A stretch of 64,000 nucleotides of DNA from Octopus sinensis (GCF_006345805.1 NC_043003.1:61566001-61630000), one strand, 5' to 3'. Shown: positions 1 through 12,657, counted from the first letter of the stretch. The notes: a model not told the origin generated them from the letters alone. A program made the numbers and translations.

Positions 1-366
1 CTGCGGCATTGCCTCGAAGGGTTTAGTCAAACAAATCAACCCCAGTCCTTATTTCATATTTCTCGAGTTTGGTTCTTATTCTGTTGGGTTCTTTTCTAGA
101 AACACTAAGTCATGAGGATGTAAACAAACCAACGCCAGTTGTCAATCCGCGCTTAGGGACAAACAAACTAGAATCAATCAATCAATCAATCATCATTTAA
201 CATCTGTTTTCCAAGCTGGCATAGGTTGGACAGTTTGAGTGGAGCTGGTAAGGCCAGGGGTTGCACCAGACCCCATTGTCTGTTCTGGCATGGTTTCTGG
301 GGCTGGATGTCCTTCCTAACAGATATACAGATTTACATATGTATGTATATGTATGTATGTATATAT

Positions 367-410
<44 letters not shown>

Positions 411-533
411 TATATACAATAGGTTTCCATACAGTTTCCACCCACCAAATTCACTCAAGATGCATTGGTCACTCTGGGGCTGTAGTAGATGACACATGCT
501 CAAGTTGCTACATATAAGTATATACATAGGCAT

Positions 534-702
534 AGGCGTGGCTGTGTTGTAAGAAGCAAGCTTCCCAACCACATGGTTCTGGGTTCACTCCCACTGTGTA
601 GCACCTTGGACAAGTGTCTTCTACTATATGTCTACTATAACCTCAAGCCAACCAAAGCCTTGCGAGCAGGTTTGGTAGAGAGAAACTGAAAGAAGCCTGT
701 CG

Positions 703-705
<3 letters not shown>
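534..705 (+). mobile_element. SINE family A, 5' half (tRNA-like head)
   Basis: A-box-like TGGCTGTGTTG and B-box-like GGTTCACTCCC; matches the heads of full copies at 36420 and 43350. Confidence 0.75.
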
Positions 706-758
<53 letters not shown>

Positions 759-1139
759 TCAAAGGGAATACTAAGTATGACTACCTGCAGGAAATAACAG
801 TCAAAACTCTTATTTAAATTGCCAAAATACACTGATAATAACTACAGAAATCAACCATCTGAAGGCAAACAGGCTAAGACAATCTCTCAGCATACATTCA
901 AGTATTTGGACTCATGTTGACTGGTGTTATTACACTAGATAATAACAGAGTCAATGACATCTTTGCAAATTATTTTTTTAAATTATTTTCTCATGAATTA
1001 TTTGCTCCATATTGAAATTATGTATCTATATTTAATCAAATATGTCCCTTGGAAACAAGGTATACTGGATATCAGATAAGTGCTCTTGGTATGAGACATA
1101 TCTAAAAGATATTTAGAGATTCCATGAGAGCGAGTGTAT

Positions 1140-1741
1140 ATTATAGAGTAAAAATGTAGGAAAGTTATATCTTAAAAATCACGGTAGAGATAAATACATA
1201 AAAAGCAATATTGCATTAATAAATAAATAAATAAAGTACAGCTATGATCATTAAAGATATTTTTTTAAAAGTTTTGAAAGTTCTTATGATCATTTCAAAA
1301 ATATACTGCCCCTCAAAATGAAATCTATATTTGATAAGCATCGTTGGGAAGTATATCTACTCATCAGAGAAAAGGATGAATTTCAGTGGAAGAAATCGAA
1401 CGAGGGAAATGTTATTTCAAAATTTTTAGCTCAAACTTATACCAACACAGATTTATACCAATAATTTTTTTAAACAACACCTTTCTCATTCAATTTTAAA
1501 TATCATTTTCCTCATTCGATTTCCTTCACTGAAATTCATTCTTTTCTCTCATGAGTGGATATACTTCCCAACGATGCTTATCGACTTTAGATTTCACTTT
1601 GAGAGGTAGTATATTCATGAAACGATCATAAGAATTTACAAAACTTTTTTTAAAGATATTTCTAATGATTATAGCTGTACTTTGTTTTTATCTCTATTAT
1701 GATTTTTAAGATATAAATTTTCCTACTTTTTACTCTATAAT
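1140..1741. mobile_element. Foldback element with ~270 bp inverted arms carrying hammerhead-core remnants (probably Penelope-associated)
   Basis: Left arm ttatagagtaaaaatgtaggaaag... (1140-1415) is the reverse complement of the right arm ...ttcctactttttactctataa (1490-1741). CTGATGAG lies on the minus strand at 1360-1367. Confidence 0.7.
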
Positions 1742-1766
1742 GTGTGTGTGTGTGTGTGTATGTATA

Positions 1767-2014
1767 CAGGGGCTGGACAAAATAATGGAAACATAAAAAT
1801 TTCAAACAGATTTATTTTAATATGGGGTAAAACCACCTTCGGCAGTAATTACAGCTTGAATTCTATGAGGTTTGGACTCGTACAAAGTTTGAATTTTTTC
1901 CAAAGGAATTTTTGTCCATTCTTCAGCTAAAATAGTTTCCAGTTCTTGTAGTGATGGTGGTGGAGGATATCGACTCCTTACTTGTTTTTCTAAAATGCAC
2001 CACAAATGTTCAGC
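1767..2014 (-). mobile_element. Tc1/mariner transposon 3' end (transposase C-terminus plus terminal inverted repeat)
   Basis: EHLWCILEKQVRSRYPPPPSLQELETILAEEWTKIPLEKIQTLYESKPHRIQAVITAEGGFTPY* fits the Tc1 C-terminal pattern. The terminus TA|CAGGGGCTGGACAAAATAATGGAAAC starts at a TA. Confidence 0.85.
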
Positions 2015-2437
2015 AAGAGAGACCGATAGAATAACTACTAGGCTAACAGAGAATAAGTCCTTGCGTTGATTTGTTTGATGAAAAGGCAGTGCTCCAGCAT
2101 GGCCACAATCAGATGACTGAAACAAGTAAAAGAAAAATATATATCTGTATATGTGTTTCTATATAGTTTCACTTATAGGTACAAAAAGGAGTCAAGCTCT
2201 GCAAGGAGTAGACAGCCACCATATACTTCTACCATAATTCCATTGATATCTGGGACTGAAAACACAGCTACAACTGCTACTTTGCTTGTGAGCCAAGCCA
2301 TCATTGTAAAAACCTATAGCCAGCTTTAATCTCTGTCATTGTATGTAGAATAGCCACATAGTTGTATTGTAGTATTAAAAACCTGTTGTAATCATCACAT
2401 TTTTATATATGTCAGGTAATATATTGTCCAATGTATC

Positions 2438-3052
2438 TTAAACTCTTTAGCATTCAGACTACTCTGTCAAATGTAAGACTTATTTATTCACATTGTTTTG
2501 AATTAAGCATGCATTATTTCTTAGGTTTGAGATTTCAATAATGAGATTCTTTTATTCTTTTACTTGTTTCAGTCATTTGACTGTGGCCATGCTGGAGCAA
2601 CGCCTTTAGTCAAGCAAATTGATCCCAGGACTTATTCTTTGTAAGCCTAGTACTTATTCTATCAGTCTCTTTGGCTGAACTGCTAAGTTACGGGGAAGTA
2701 AACACACCAGCATTGGTTGTCAAGCGATGTTGGGGGGACAAACACAAACACACAAATATATACGCACACATACATATATACGATGGGCTTCTTTCAGTTT
2801 CCGTCTACCAAATTCACTCACAAGGCTTTGGTCGGCCCAAGGCTATAGTAGAAGACACTTGCCACGCAGTGGGACTGAACCCAGAACCCTTTGGTTGGTA
2901 AGCAAGCTACTTACCACACAGCCACTCCTGCACCTATGATTGTTGATTTTTAGAAAGACATTGTAGGGTAGGTGTGAATGGCAGGATCTGGCTGGTTTGG
3001 ACATAAAACAGGAAGAATTTTTGTGTCAGATAAGGCCAATGTGAATGCTTAC
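2438..3052 (+). mobile_element. piggyBac-type MITE family B, split by a SINE A insertion
   Basis: Both halves match the uninterrupted copy at 44093-44317; begins at TTAA. Confidence 0.65.
2547..2935 (-). mobile_element. SINE family A, full length (~400 bp)
   Basis: Co-linear with 42932-43350: tRNA-like head, central (TA/TG)n tract, tail GCTCCAGCATGGCC...GAAACAAGTAAAAGA. Confidence 0.85.
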
Positions 3053-3544
3053 AATTTTAGAGAATAGTGCATGTTTTTAGAAAGTTGGCAGCTATTTCTA
3101 GCACGTTGAAAGGCTATGCAGGGGCTCCTTTAAATAGTTCAGTAAATATTGGTTAATACTTGATGAATTATGCTTGATTATTAAATTAATATTCCGCTTC
3201 ACAGTTGAAGACAAATGTAAAACACACGCTATGGAAATCTAATATTCATTTCCATTAAATCAGAAATCCAAACGGAAAATTATGTGGAGTCTGTCAGGCA
3301 GGATCCAAAACATCAAAATGGAGTGTGACAATACAGCATGGAATTCTGCTTAAACAGTTGTGGGATACAACAGGGACATGTGCTTTATACAGATCTCTAA
3401 CCAAAACCAAGTGGACATGCACTGGTATATAACTACATACACAGACACACATACGCACACACACAAACACACACATACATATCATCACTTAACTTCCGCC
3501 TTCCATGCTGGAATGGCTCACACACATGCACACACATATGTATG

Positions 3545-3577
<33 letters not shown>

Positions 3578-3607
3578 GTATATATATATAATATATATAT
3601 ATATATA

Positions 3608-3690
3608 CGGCAGAAACTTTAGCACGCAGGGCGAAATGCGTAGCCGTATTTCGTCTGCCGTTACGTTCTGGGTTCAAATTCTGCCAAGGT
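3608..3690 (+). mobile_element. SINE family B head fragment
   Basis: ggcagaaactttagcacg...gggttcaaattctgccaaggtcgac matches the head of the copy at 63730-63972. Confidence 0.7.
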
Positions 3691-3733
3691 CGACTATATA
3701 TATATATACATATATATATGTATATACATACAT

Positions 3734-3765
<32 letters not shown>

Positions 3766-3821
3766 CCAACCCATGCGAGCATGGAAAAACGGATGTTAAA
3801 TGATGATGATGATGATGATGT

Positions 3822-3913
3822 ATGTATATATACCACAGTATGCTGTGTATATATACCACAGTATGCTGTGTATATATACCACAGTATGCTATGTATATAT
3901 ACCACAGTATGCT
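3822..3913 (+). repeat. 4 x 23 bp tandem repeat (RTGTATATATACCACAGTATGCT) at the 5' junction of the CR1 LINE
   Basis: Four units read directly. The last 15 nt of each unit encode IPQYA, the start of the LINE ORF2 fragment. Confidence 0.9.
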
Positions 3914-6785
3914 GTACTACGGACCGACAGGAAAGAAAGGAGTCATGGAGGTGTTGCTATGTACATCCGTGAGGACCTCACACCCCAGGTCCTCTTGTCA
4001 TACTCAAACTCGGTGTGTGACACACTAATTGTACATATTAGGCAACTTGATGTAGTTGTGTGTGCTACATATCGCCCTCCAGATGCCCCAAGCCATGTGG
4101 GCAAGTTTGAAGACTGCCTTATAAAAATAGAAGAAATTCTAACAACATTAGACCAACACATAGGTGTGCTTCTTATGGGAGACTTCAATCTGCCCAATGT
4201 CAGATGGCCCGAGGGCCTTTCTCTCCCAGGAATGACAAGATGTGAACGAGGACAGGCGAGGTCCCTCCTGAACCTCATCAACACCCTGTACATGGAGCAG
4301 GTAATACTCCAACCAACCAGGGCAGGTAACACACTGGATCTCTGCTTCACAAATGACATGGATCTCATCCATAATGTGAAAGTGACACCGACACTACTCT
4401 CGGATCACAACATGATAGAGCTGACCATGTACGGGCCAAAAGAGAGCACGGACATGCAGCCTACAAGAAACCTTCAAAATCTTTCCAGCTTGAACTACCA
4501 TAAGGCAAACTGGAAACAAATTGAGAAAGAGATCCTCAAACAAAACTGGCCTAAATGTCTCTCCTCGCCAGACATCGACGTGAAACTTCAACAATTCATG
4601 TCTGTAATGCAAGCCATATGCTACAAATGTGTCCCAGAGAGAAAGGCCACTGTACACAAGAACAAAATCCCCAGAGAGAGGAAAATCTTAATGAGACGGC
4701 GTACGAAATTTTCAAATCGCCTAAACAAACAGATTGAAAGCAGTGAAAAGTCCCGCCTAAAAATAAAACTGTTGGAAATCGAAAATGTCTGCAACTCTCC
4801 CATGAAAAGAAAGAGCAGACAAAGAAGCCTGGGCTATAGAAAACATAAAATCTAACCCCAGAGCTTTCTACAGGTATGCCAAGAAACAGCTACAGTGCAC
4901 TGTAGAATAGGGCCACTCCTCGAAAAGGATGGCACACTTACAGGAAAACAATGAGGGTAAGTGAAATACTGAATGAGCAATTCAAGAGTGTTTTCACTCC
5001 ACCCCTTGGGCATCTCCAAATCACCAATCCAACTGACTTTTTTACCACTGCAGATATAAAATCAGAGGCAGCGACGATAGATTACATCGATATAAAGGAA
5101 GACGATGTAACCAAGGCTATAGATGAAATGAAAACAGACTCAGCTACTGGCCCCGATGGATTCCCGGCAATCCTCCTAAAAGCATGTAAGAGAGTCCTAG
5201 CAAGACCACTGCAGTTCCTCTTTCAGAGCTTCCTTGCAGCTGGCAAACTTCCAGGAAAACTGAAGGAAGGTAAAATTGCCCCATTCATAAAGGAGGTAGC
5301 AGAGCGGAAGCCAAGAACTATAGACCTATCTCTCTGACCTCACACATCAGCAAGTCATGGAACGAATAGTCAGAGGAAGCTGATCACCTTCCTTGAAGAA
5401 TGACTTGCTGCCCGACACCCAACATGGTTTCCGACCAGGGAGAAGCTGTTTAACTCAGCTCCTACAACACTATGACTGGGTGCTGAAACGGCTGCTCAAC
5501 CACTCAATGTGGAAGTGATATATCTCGACTTTGCAAAGGCCTTTGATAAAGTCGATCATGGAATGATATGTCACAAACTGCGTGATCTCAACATAGTTGG
5601 AAAACTGGGAGAATGGCTTCATGACTTTCTGAAGGATAGAAGTCAGGGTTAGTAGCCAATGGGGCCACCTCCATTAACACACAAATAGTGAGCGGTGTTC
5701 CGCAGGGCACTGTTCTGGGACCACTACTGTTCATAATGGCCCTCTCAGACATGCCCTCAGCCACGCAGAGAGCCACGATCACAAGTTATGCAGATGATAC
5801 AAAAGTTTCACAGGCAATACAGAACCCTGAGGACACTAAACACCTGCAATGTGAGCTGGACGAAATATACAAGTGGGCTGAAAAGAATAGCATGCAGTTC
5901 AATGCTGGAAAGTTTCAAGCTTTATACTATCAGCATGCAAAACTGAATGCAATACCCAATGAATACACTGGACCCGGAGGGATTGCAATCCAGAGGCACA
6001 ATCAGTGCGTGACCTGGGTATTCACATGAGTGATGACGCGACCTTTCATGTACATGTTGCTAAACTGACAATGAAATGTAGACGGCTGGCTGGATGGATT
6101 CTTAGAACCTTTAGAACAAGAACAAGAAACATGATGGTCCTCTGGAAGACACTTGTCCTAAGCCACTTTGACTATTGCTCTCAGCTATGGTCACCATCCA
6201 GTGTCAAGTTGATCACAGAACTTGAGGCGATCCAACGAAGCTACACAAAGAAGATAGCCTCTATGCAGAATGTAAGCTACTGGGAAAGACTCAAGAGATT
6301 AAAATTATATTCCCTGGAGCGTAGGCGGGAAAGATATGCCATAATATACATCTGGAAGATCCTGGAGGGAAGTGTCCTGAACTTTGGCATCGAGAGTTAC
6401 GCAAATGCCAGAACTGGGCGCCACTGCGTGGTGCCTAGGACTCCAAACCTGCCATCAAGATGTAGGACAAGATTCTCTGATAGCCTGGGCTTCCGAGGCC
6501 CACAGCTCTTCAATATCCTCCCGAAGAACCTGAGAGACCTGCATGGGGTGGATACAGATGTCTTTAAAATGAAGCTGGATCTCTTCCTGTCAGGTGTCCC
6601 AGATGAACCAACTTCACGGCAGGAGGGGCAGATGAGGGCAGCTGCATCGAACTCTCTCATGCACCAAATAGCAGTTGCTAGAAAGCCTCCATGAAGTGAA
6701 ACCAAGTAGCAACACCAAATGGCGGTGCCCCAGCATGGCCACAGCTCATAAGCTGAAACTAGAATCAATCAATCAATCAATCAAT
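3899..6785 (+). mobile_element. CR1-group LINE: slightly 5'-truncated ORF2 (AP endonuclease plus reverse transcriptase) with frameshifts, 3' UTR and (AATC)n tail
   Basis: APE motifs GGVAMY, YRPP, GDFNLP, LDLCF, SDHN. RT motifs QHGFRPGRSC, YLDFAKAFDKVDH, GVPQGTVLGPLLF, YADD. C-terminal LYSLERRRER. Spans track ORFs 3800-4855, 4951-5337, 5688-6029 and 6005-6694. Confidence 0.93.
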
Positions 6786-7110
<325 letters not shown>

Positions 7111-9606
7111 TCAGCAAAGTCTGAGAGCTTCATGCATTATATATCATCAGCATCATATATGTGTGTGTGTGTCTGTGCATATCTATGTATGTATGTATGT
7201 GTGTGGCATTTTGTGTTAATCTGTATCCATACCACCAATACCACACCACCACCACCACCACCACCACCACCACTTGACATCTTGTGTTGGTTTGTTTGCT
7301 TTCCTGTATCCTAGCAGTTTCACTAAAGGAGGCCAACAGAATAAGGAGCAGACTTGAAAAATAAGTACTTGGGTTGATTTGCTCTCTAAACCCTTCATGG
7401 TGATGCCCCAGCATGGACGCAGTCCAATAACTGAAACAAGTAAAAGATAAAAGAGAAATTCAGACTCTTAGTCTAAATGGATGTATATGTTTTCTTAGTA
7501 TCTTTCAACATCTTTAACAGGTTTTTTGAAGAACACATTGTAAAACCTATTTTTATAGCAATATTGGTTTTATACAACTTCAAAATCATTTTATAAAAAG
7601 TCCATAACTGGGCAGTTGTACAGGAAGATATCTTAGTTGTTAATTTGATAATGAAATCTGAAATAACTTTTGACTTCAGTTAGAACATTAAATGCTTTCT
7701 ATTAACTTCTGGCATAAACAGCAGTGAGGCAATATCTTCAATTAATTGCTAACGATATCACTTAATATCTATTAAATTACTGTAAAAGAAAATGATGGGA
7801 AAATAGTTGTAAATTTATCAATTATTATAAGAGCTGTGATAAATACTTTCAACATATGTGTTGGCTGGCTTATATATTTGATATGCAAAAAAACATTAAT
7901 AGCTCACTGTTAGCACAAAGTAAAAAATATTCACATTTTCTGCAAATTTCTCCTTTTCTTAGTGATAATGTAATTTCTTCCTTTCATAAAAGAACCAAGT
8001 GAAATATAGAAAATGTAATTATAATGTATTCAAAAGATTCTGGCAGAGTTTTCAGTTTATTTTAGTCTGAGATAGATTTAAAAGCTATTTTCAACCAATA
8101 CAGGGCAGCAAGAGTAAGCTGTGAGTATTGATAAGCAAAGTGAAAACAGTGATATTGAAGGATGAACTATTGATGGTTGTCAGTTGAGCGAGAAGGACAT
8201 TTATCTTGTGTAGCAGAACAAACTAGATTAACACTTTCCTTCCCTTACTAAACAAATTATTCACACTGTCTTTAAAATTTATTGTCATTCTCAAATATTA
8301 TCTGAAATGATTTTTCAAGACAACGAAAATCGTTAAACACTAGTTTGAAACAGAGAGCAGTGTATTCAAGAATTTTCTGTTTGAATATTTAGCTTTTCTT
8401 ATTTTAAATTTAATTAATTCTTCAAAGGTGGTGGGTGAGTTCACAGCTTTTGCTGTTTCTTAGATAATAATATTGATTTCTTACTTTGGCAGAAAACCAG
8501 AATTTTCTATGGGAGGAATGCAGTCAATCAAATCAAACTCCAGTACATGCCTGGTATTTATGTTATTAATTCCAGTGGATTGAAATGTTATGATGATCAT
8601 AGCTGAATTTAAGAGTTCAGAATGGAGAGATGTGAAACTAAATATTGTGTGGAATTATTCTGGTGTTCTACCATTTCTACCATTTCAGTGCTGATAAGAT
8701 GGATTCAATAGAAGAACTGAGATAAATTTTAGTGAAGAAAAATGTGCCTAGGCAACCGTGAAGATAGAGAAATAAATAAAAATCATTATTACATTGTTAG
8801 ATAAAGAAACCACAAGATAAGAGAATTAACCCAATCACCGTCTTACACATACTTTGAAATTAACGAACTAGGTATTGTATAACATACACAAATTTATGAA
8901 AAAGTTAGAAAGAAAATATTATAGATACTTTTGATTAATATTTCAAACAGAGCTAAGGGTAATAGGTATCAACACATGAGGTGTTCAACAAATAAGTTAT
9001 AGTCATAATGCTTTCATAATGCTAAATGTGTTAGTATGACTAAAAAGGAAACAAGAAACATGATGGCATTTAGAATACACCACCCAAAATCCAACACAGA
9101 GTATATTTACCATGAATACAGGGAGGTAGGTCTTTTCTGCATGTAGAAAATGATTGTATAATATTTGCTATGAACTAGGAAAATGTCTAGTAAAGAACAA
9201 AAGGAAACTAATAAATGATAAATAGTTGCAAAACACGAACAACATAACAAATTTTAAAATAGCAAACAGTTACATGAAGAATCTTTAATCTTTAACCTGT
9301 TTCTTCATTGGACTGTTACCGTGCTTAGAGAGTTTAGTTTAACAAATTGATAACAGTATTATTTTTCTTTGAGTTTAGTACTTATTCTATCATCATTGTA
9401 GCTGAACTGCTAAGTCACAAGGCCATAGATAAACTAGAAGTGGTTGTCAAGCAGTGGCAGGTGGACAAACATGAGGACACACATACACACACACACCACA
9501 TACACATGCACTCACAGATCACAAACACAATTTTTTTTTATGGCTGCAGGTTACCTCCTCATCCCCACATTTCCTACCCCACCCCCTACAATTTTACTAA
9601 CTGCAC

Positions 9607-9685
9607 ACCACCCATTTCTAATCACTTTGTACCCTGCAGGACTACCACCCATTTCTAATCACTTTGTACCCTGCAGGACTACCTG
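9607..9685 (+). repeat. 2 x 37 bp exact tandem duplication
   Basis: accacccatttctaatcactttgtaccctgcaggact occurs twice in a row. Confidence 0.9.
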
Positions 9686-9954
9686 GACACTTCATTTGCA
9701 GTATCTCTCTCTTCACAAATCCTGCTGATCATTCTCACTACTATATGTGAGTAACTGTGCAGATTTTCCCTCAGATTTTAAATCTTCATTCCCAAGCAAA
9801 ATTTTGACCTTTATTCTCTCAAGTTCCATAGGCTTGAAAACTGCATGGGAACCTCAAGAGTGCTGGTGGAACAAAAAAAAAAGACAAAAAAAACACCCCA
9901 AAACACCTAGTAAACACTGTAAAGTGGTTGGAATTAGGAAGAGCATTCGGTTCA

Positions 9955-10212
9955 TTATTTACATTATTTACATTCAACAGATATTTGTCCTCATCTTGTT
10001 TGTTGTTTACTCAACATTTCGGCTGATATACCCTCCAGCCTACTTCAGGTGTCTTAGGGAAATATTGAACCTAGGTTCTCATTCCTAAGGTATTTTTCAA
10101 CTTTGTTATTATTATTACTATTATTATGCAGGTCACTACCTGGAATCAAACTCGGAATCTTGGGGTTAGTAGCCCGCGCTCTTAACCACTACACCAAACT
10201 ATGCCCGTGGGC
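9955..10212 (-). mobile_element. tRNA-headed SINE (family H) with a hammerhead-like 3' region, copy 1
   Basis: Head with A box TGGTGTAGTGG and B box GAGTTTGATTCC, then (AAT)n, then CTGAAGTA-GGCTG-gagggtatat-CAGCC-GAAA-TGTT at 10010-10055. Co-linear with 55210-55680. Confidence 0.75.
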
Positions 10213-10419
10213 AACATGAAATGAAGTGTTTTACTCAAGACCACAATGCATCACCCGTTCAAGGAATCAAAACCATGATCTTACAATCCGTCGAATGTAA
10301 ATAATGTACATAATTCCTCATCTCTTAAATACAGAACTGGAGCATTCAGTTGTTGAAACCATACCAAAGTAGACACTGGAACATAATGCAACTTTTAGTC
10401 CCATCAGATCTTCTCAAAC

Positions 10420-10830
10420 CGTCCAACCCATACCAGCATGGAATCATCATCATCATTTAATGTCCATTGTCCATTCTAGCATGGGTTGGACGGTTTGATT
10501 GGGCTGGCATGCTGGAAGGCTGTGCCAGGCTCCAGTCTGATTCGGCATAGTTTTCTACTGCTGGATGCCCTTCCTAATGCCAACCACTCTGAGCGTGTAA
10601 TGGGTGCCATTTGCATGACACCAGTACATGCCATGACAGCAATTTTGCTCAGTTTGATAAGTCTTCTTCTTAAGCACAGCATATGCCAAAGGTTTTGGTT
10701 ATTGCCGCCATGATGCCCAGCACTCGAAACAAACTCAACCACTTTGCCTCCATGAAACCTAATGCTCAATAGGAACTCAGTCACCTCACCTCCGTAAGGC
10801 CCAACACTCAAAAGAAACTCAGAAGTTAAA
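10420..10830 (-). mobile_element. RTE LINE 3' UTR and tail fragment
   Basis: Matches the 3' UTR and (GAT)n tail of the RTE copies at 37155-38045 and 60920-61440. Confidence 0.7.
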
Positions 10831-11799
10831 TGGTGATGATGATGAAGAGGAGGAAGATATATAATATATACAAGCTTCCATGCTGTTTCTGTCTACCAAA
10901 TTCACTCACAAGGCATTAGTTGGTTAGTAAAAGACACTTGGCATGTAATTTTGAGTTCAGTCTCACTGTGCTATGTCTTGTTGGGGGGCGGGGGGCTTCT
11001 ATTTTAGCCCCTGGCAGACCAATGCCTAGTGAGTGAATTTGATAGACAGAAACCTTGAAAAAGCCTATCATTTATGTGTGTGTTTGTGTGTGTTTGTGTA
11101 TTTGTACATGTGTGTGTTTGTATGTGTTTTTGTGTTTATTTGTCCCTCTACAGCTTTTCAACTGGTATTAGTTTGTTTGCATCCCCATAACTTAGTTCAG
11201 CAAAAGAGACAGACAGAATAAGTATGAAACTTTAAAAAAATAAAAGTAAAGGTAAGTACAGGGGTCAATTTGTTTGATGAAACCCTTCAAGGCAGTGCCC
11301 CAGCATGGTGACAGGCCAATGACTGAAACTAGTAAAAGATGAAAAGAAAATCTTTTCCATGGTCAATATCTGACAAAACTAAACAAAGCAGAAATGAAAA
11401 CAAAAATAAAGAAATTCATCAACACTCACTGAGAAGTGCAGGACTTCAAGTTAAAACCAAAGAAAATGTTTAAAATCTACAACAGAGTAGAATATGGTTA
11501 GGTTATGGTTAGACTACATTACTCTGAAAGGGGAATAGTAATGATCACCAGGCTTCTTTGGTGTATATATTTCTCCTTGGAGGGAAACCATTCCATTGTA
11601 GGATTGCTAATTTTTGCCAACTGTATGAACTGGAGCAACATGGAATGAAGTGTTTTGCTCAGGAACACAATGCATCACACGTTCAAGGAATCAAAACCAT
11701 AATCTTACAATCATGAGTCCAATACCTTAACCACTAAGCTATGTGCCTCCACTGTAATCAAAAGTTCTCAGAGAAACAACAAGGTGACTATATTCTGGA

Positions 11800-12250
11800 G
11801 TGTAGCAATTCATAGAAAGAAGGAGATTAAAGAAAATCATCCAAATATTATTGTCAAAGATCATCGAGAAAAGAAATTTCTCTTCATTGAGGAATTAATT
11901 CCAATAAACGACAATACGTCTCTGAAAGAAATAAAGAAACTATGTAAATATATTTAGTTTCTTCATAGCAATAATAATTAAAAATTTTGGCTGAAGAATC
12001 ATATGTAATCTATTTATCTATTTCATATTTATTTTGTAGATAATAGAAATCATAAAAATCTATGAAATAGAATGAAAATAGATTACATATAATTCTACAG
12101 TTGAATTTTAATTATTATTTCTATGAAGAAACTAAATATATTTGCATAGTTTCTTGATTTTTATAGATGTATTGTTGTTTATTGGAATTTGTTCCTCAAT
12201 CAAGAGAAATTTCTTTTCCTGATGATCTTTGACAATAGCATCTGGATGAT
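11800..12250. mobile_element. R4/Dong-like restriction-like-endonuclease fragment duplicated as an inverted repeat
   Basis: Plus strand reads ENHPNIIVKDHREKKFLFIEELIPINDNTSLKEIKKLCKY (degenerate PD..D/E-x-K RLE motif). Arms 11838-12027 and 12061-12250 are reverse complements. Confidence 0.7.
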
Positions 12251-12609
12251 TTGACAATAATATCTAGATGAAACAAGTATGAAGCAGATTTAATATGATT
12301 CTACAGTTGAATTTTTAATTATTTTGGCTACAAAGTAACTAAATTTGGAAGAGATTTTTTTTCCCCATGACAAAATTACAATTGATGGAGCAATCAAAAT
12401 GACACTATCTAAATATATCTGGAAATAAAGATAACTCATATATGGGTACTGAAAATAGAAATAATCCTTATAATAAGTATATTCGGAATTATTTAAAAGT
12501 AACACAAACAAATAAACAACCAATTTCAAAGGATATATATACATACATCATACATAAATACATACATACATACAAACATACATACATACATACATACACA
12601 CACACACAC

Positions 12610-12657
<48 letters not shown>

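Noticed and set aside
3822-3913. Regular short repeats resembling a CRISPR array
   Set aside because: The units are contiguous with no unique spacers, there are no cas genes, and the context is eukaryotic.
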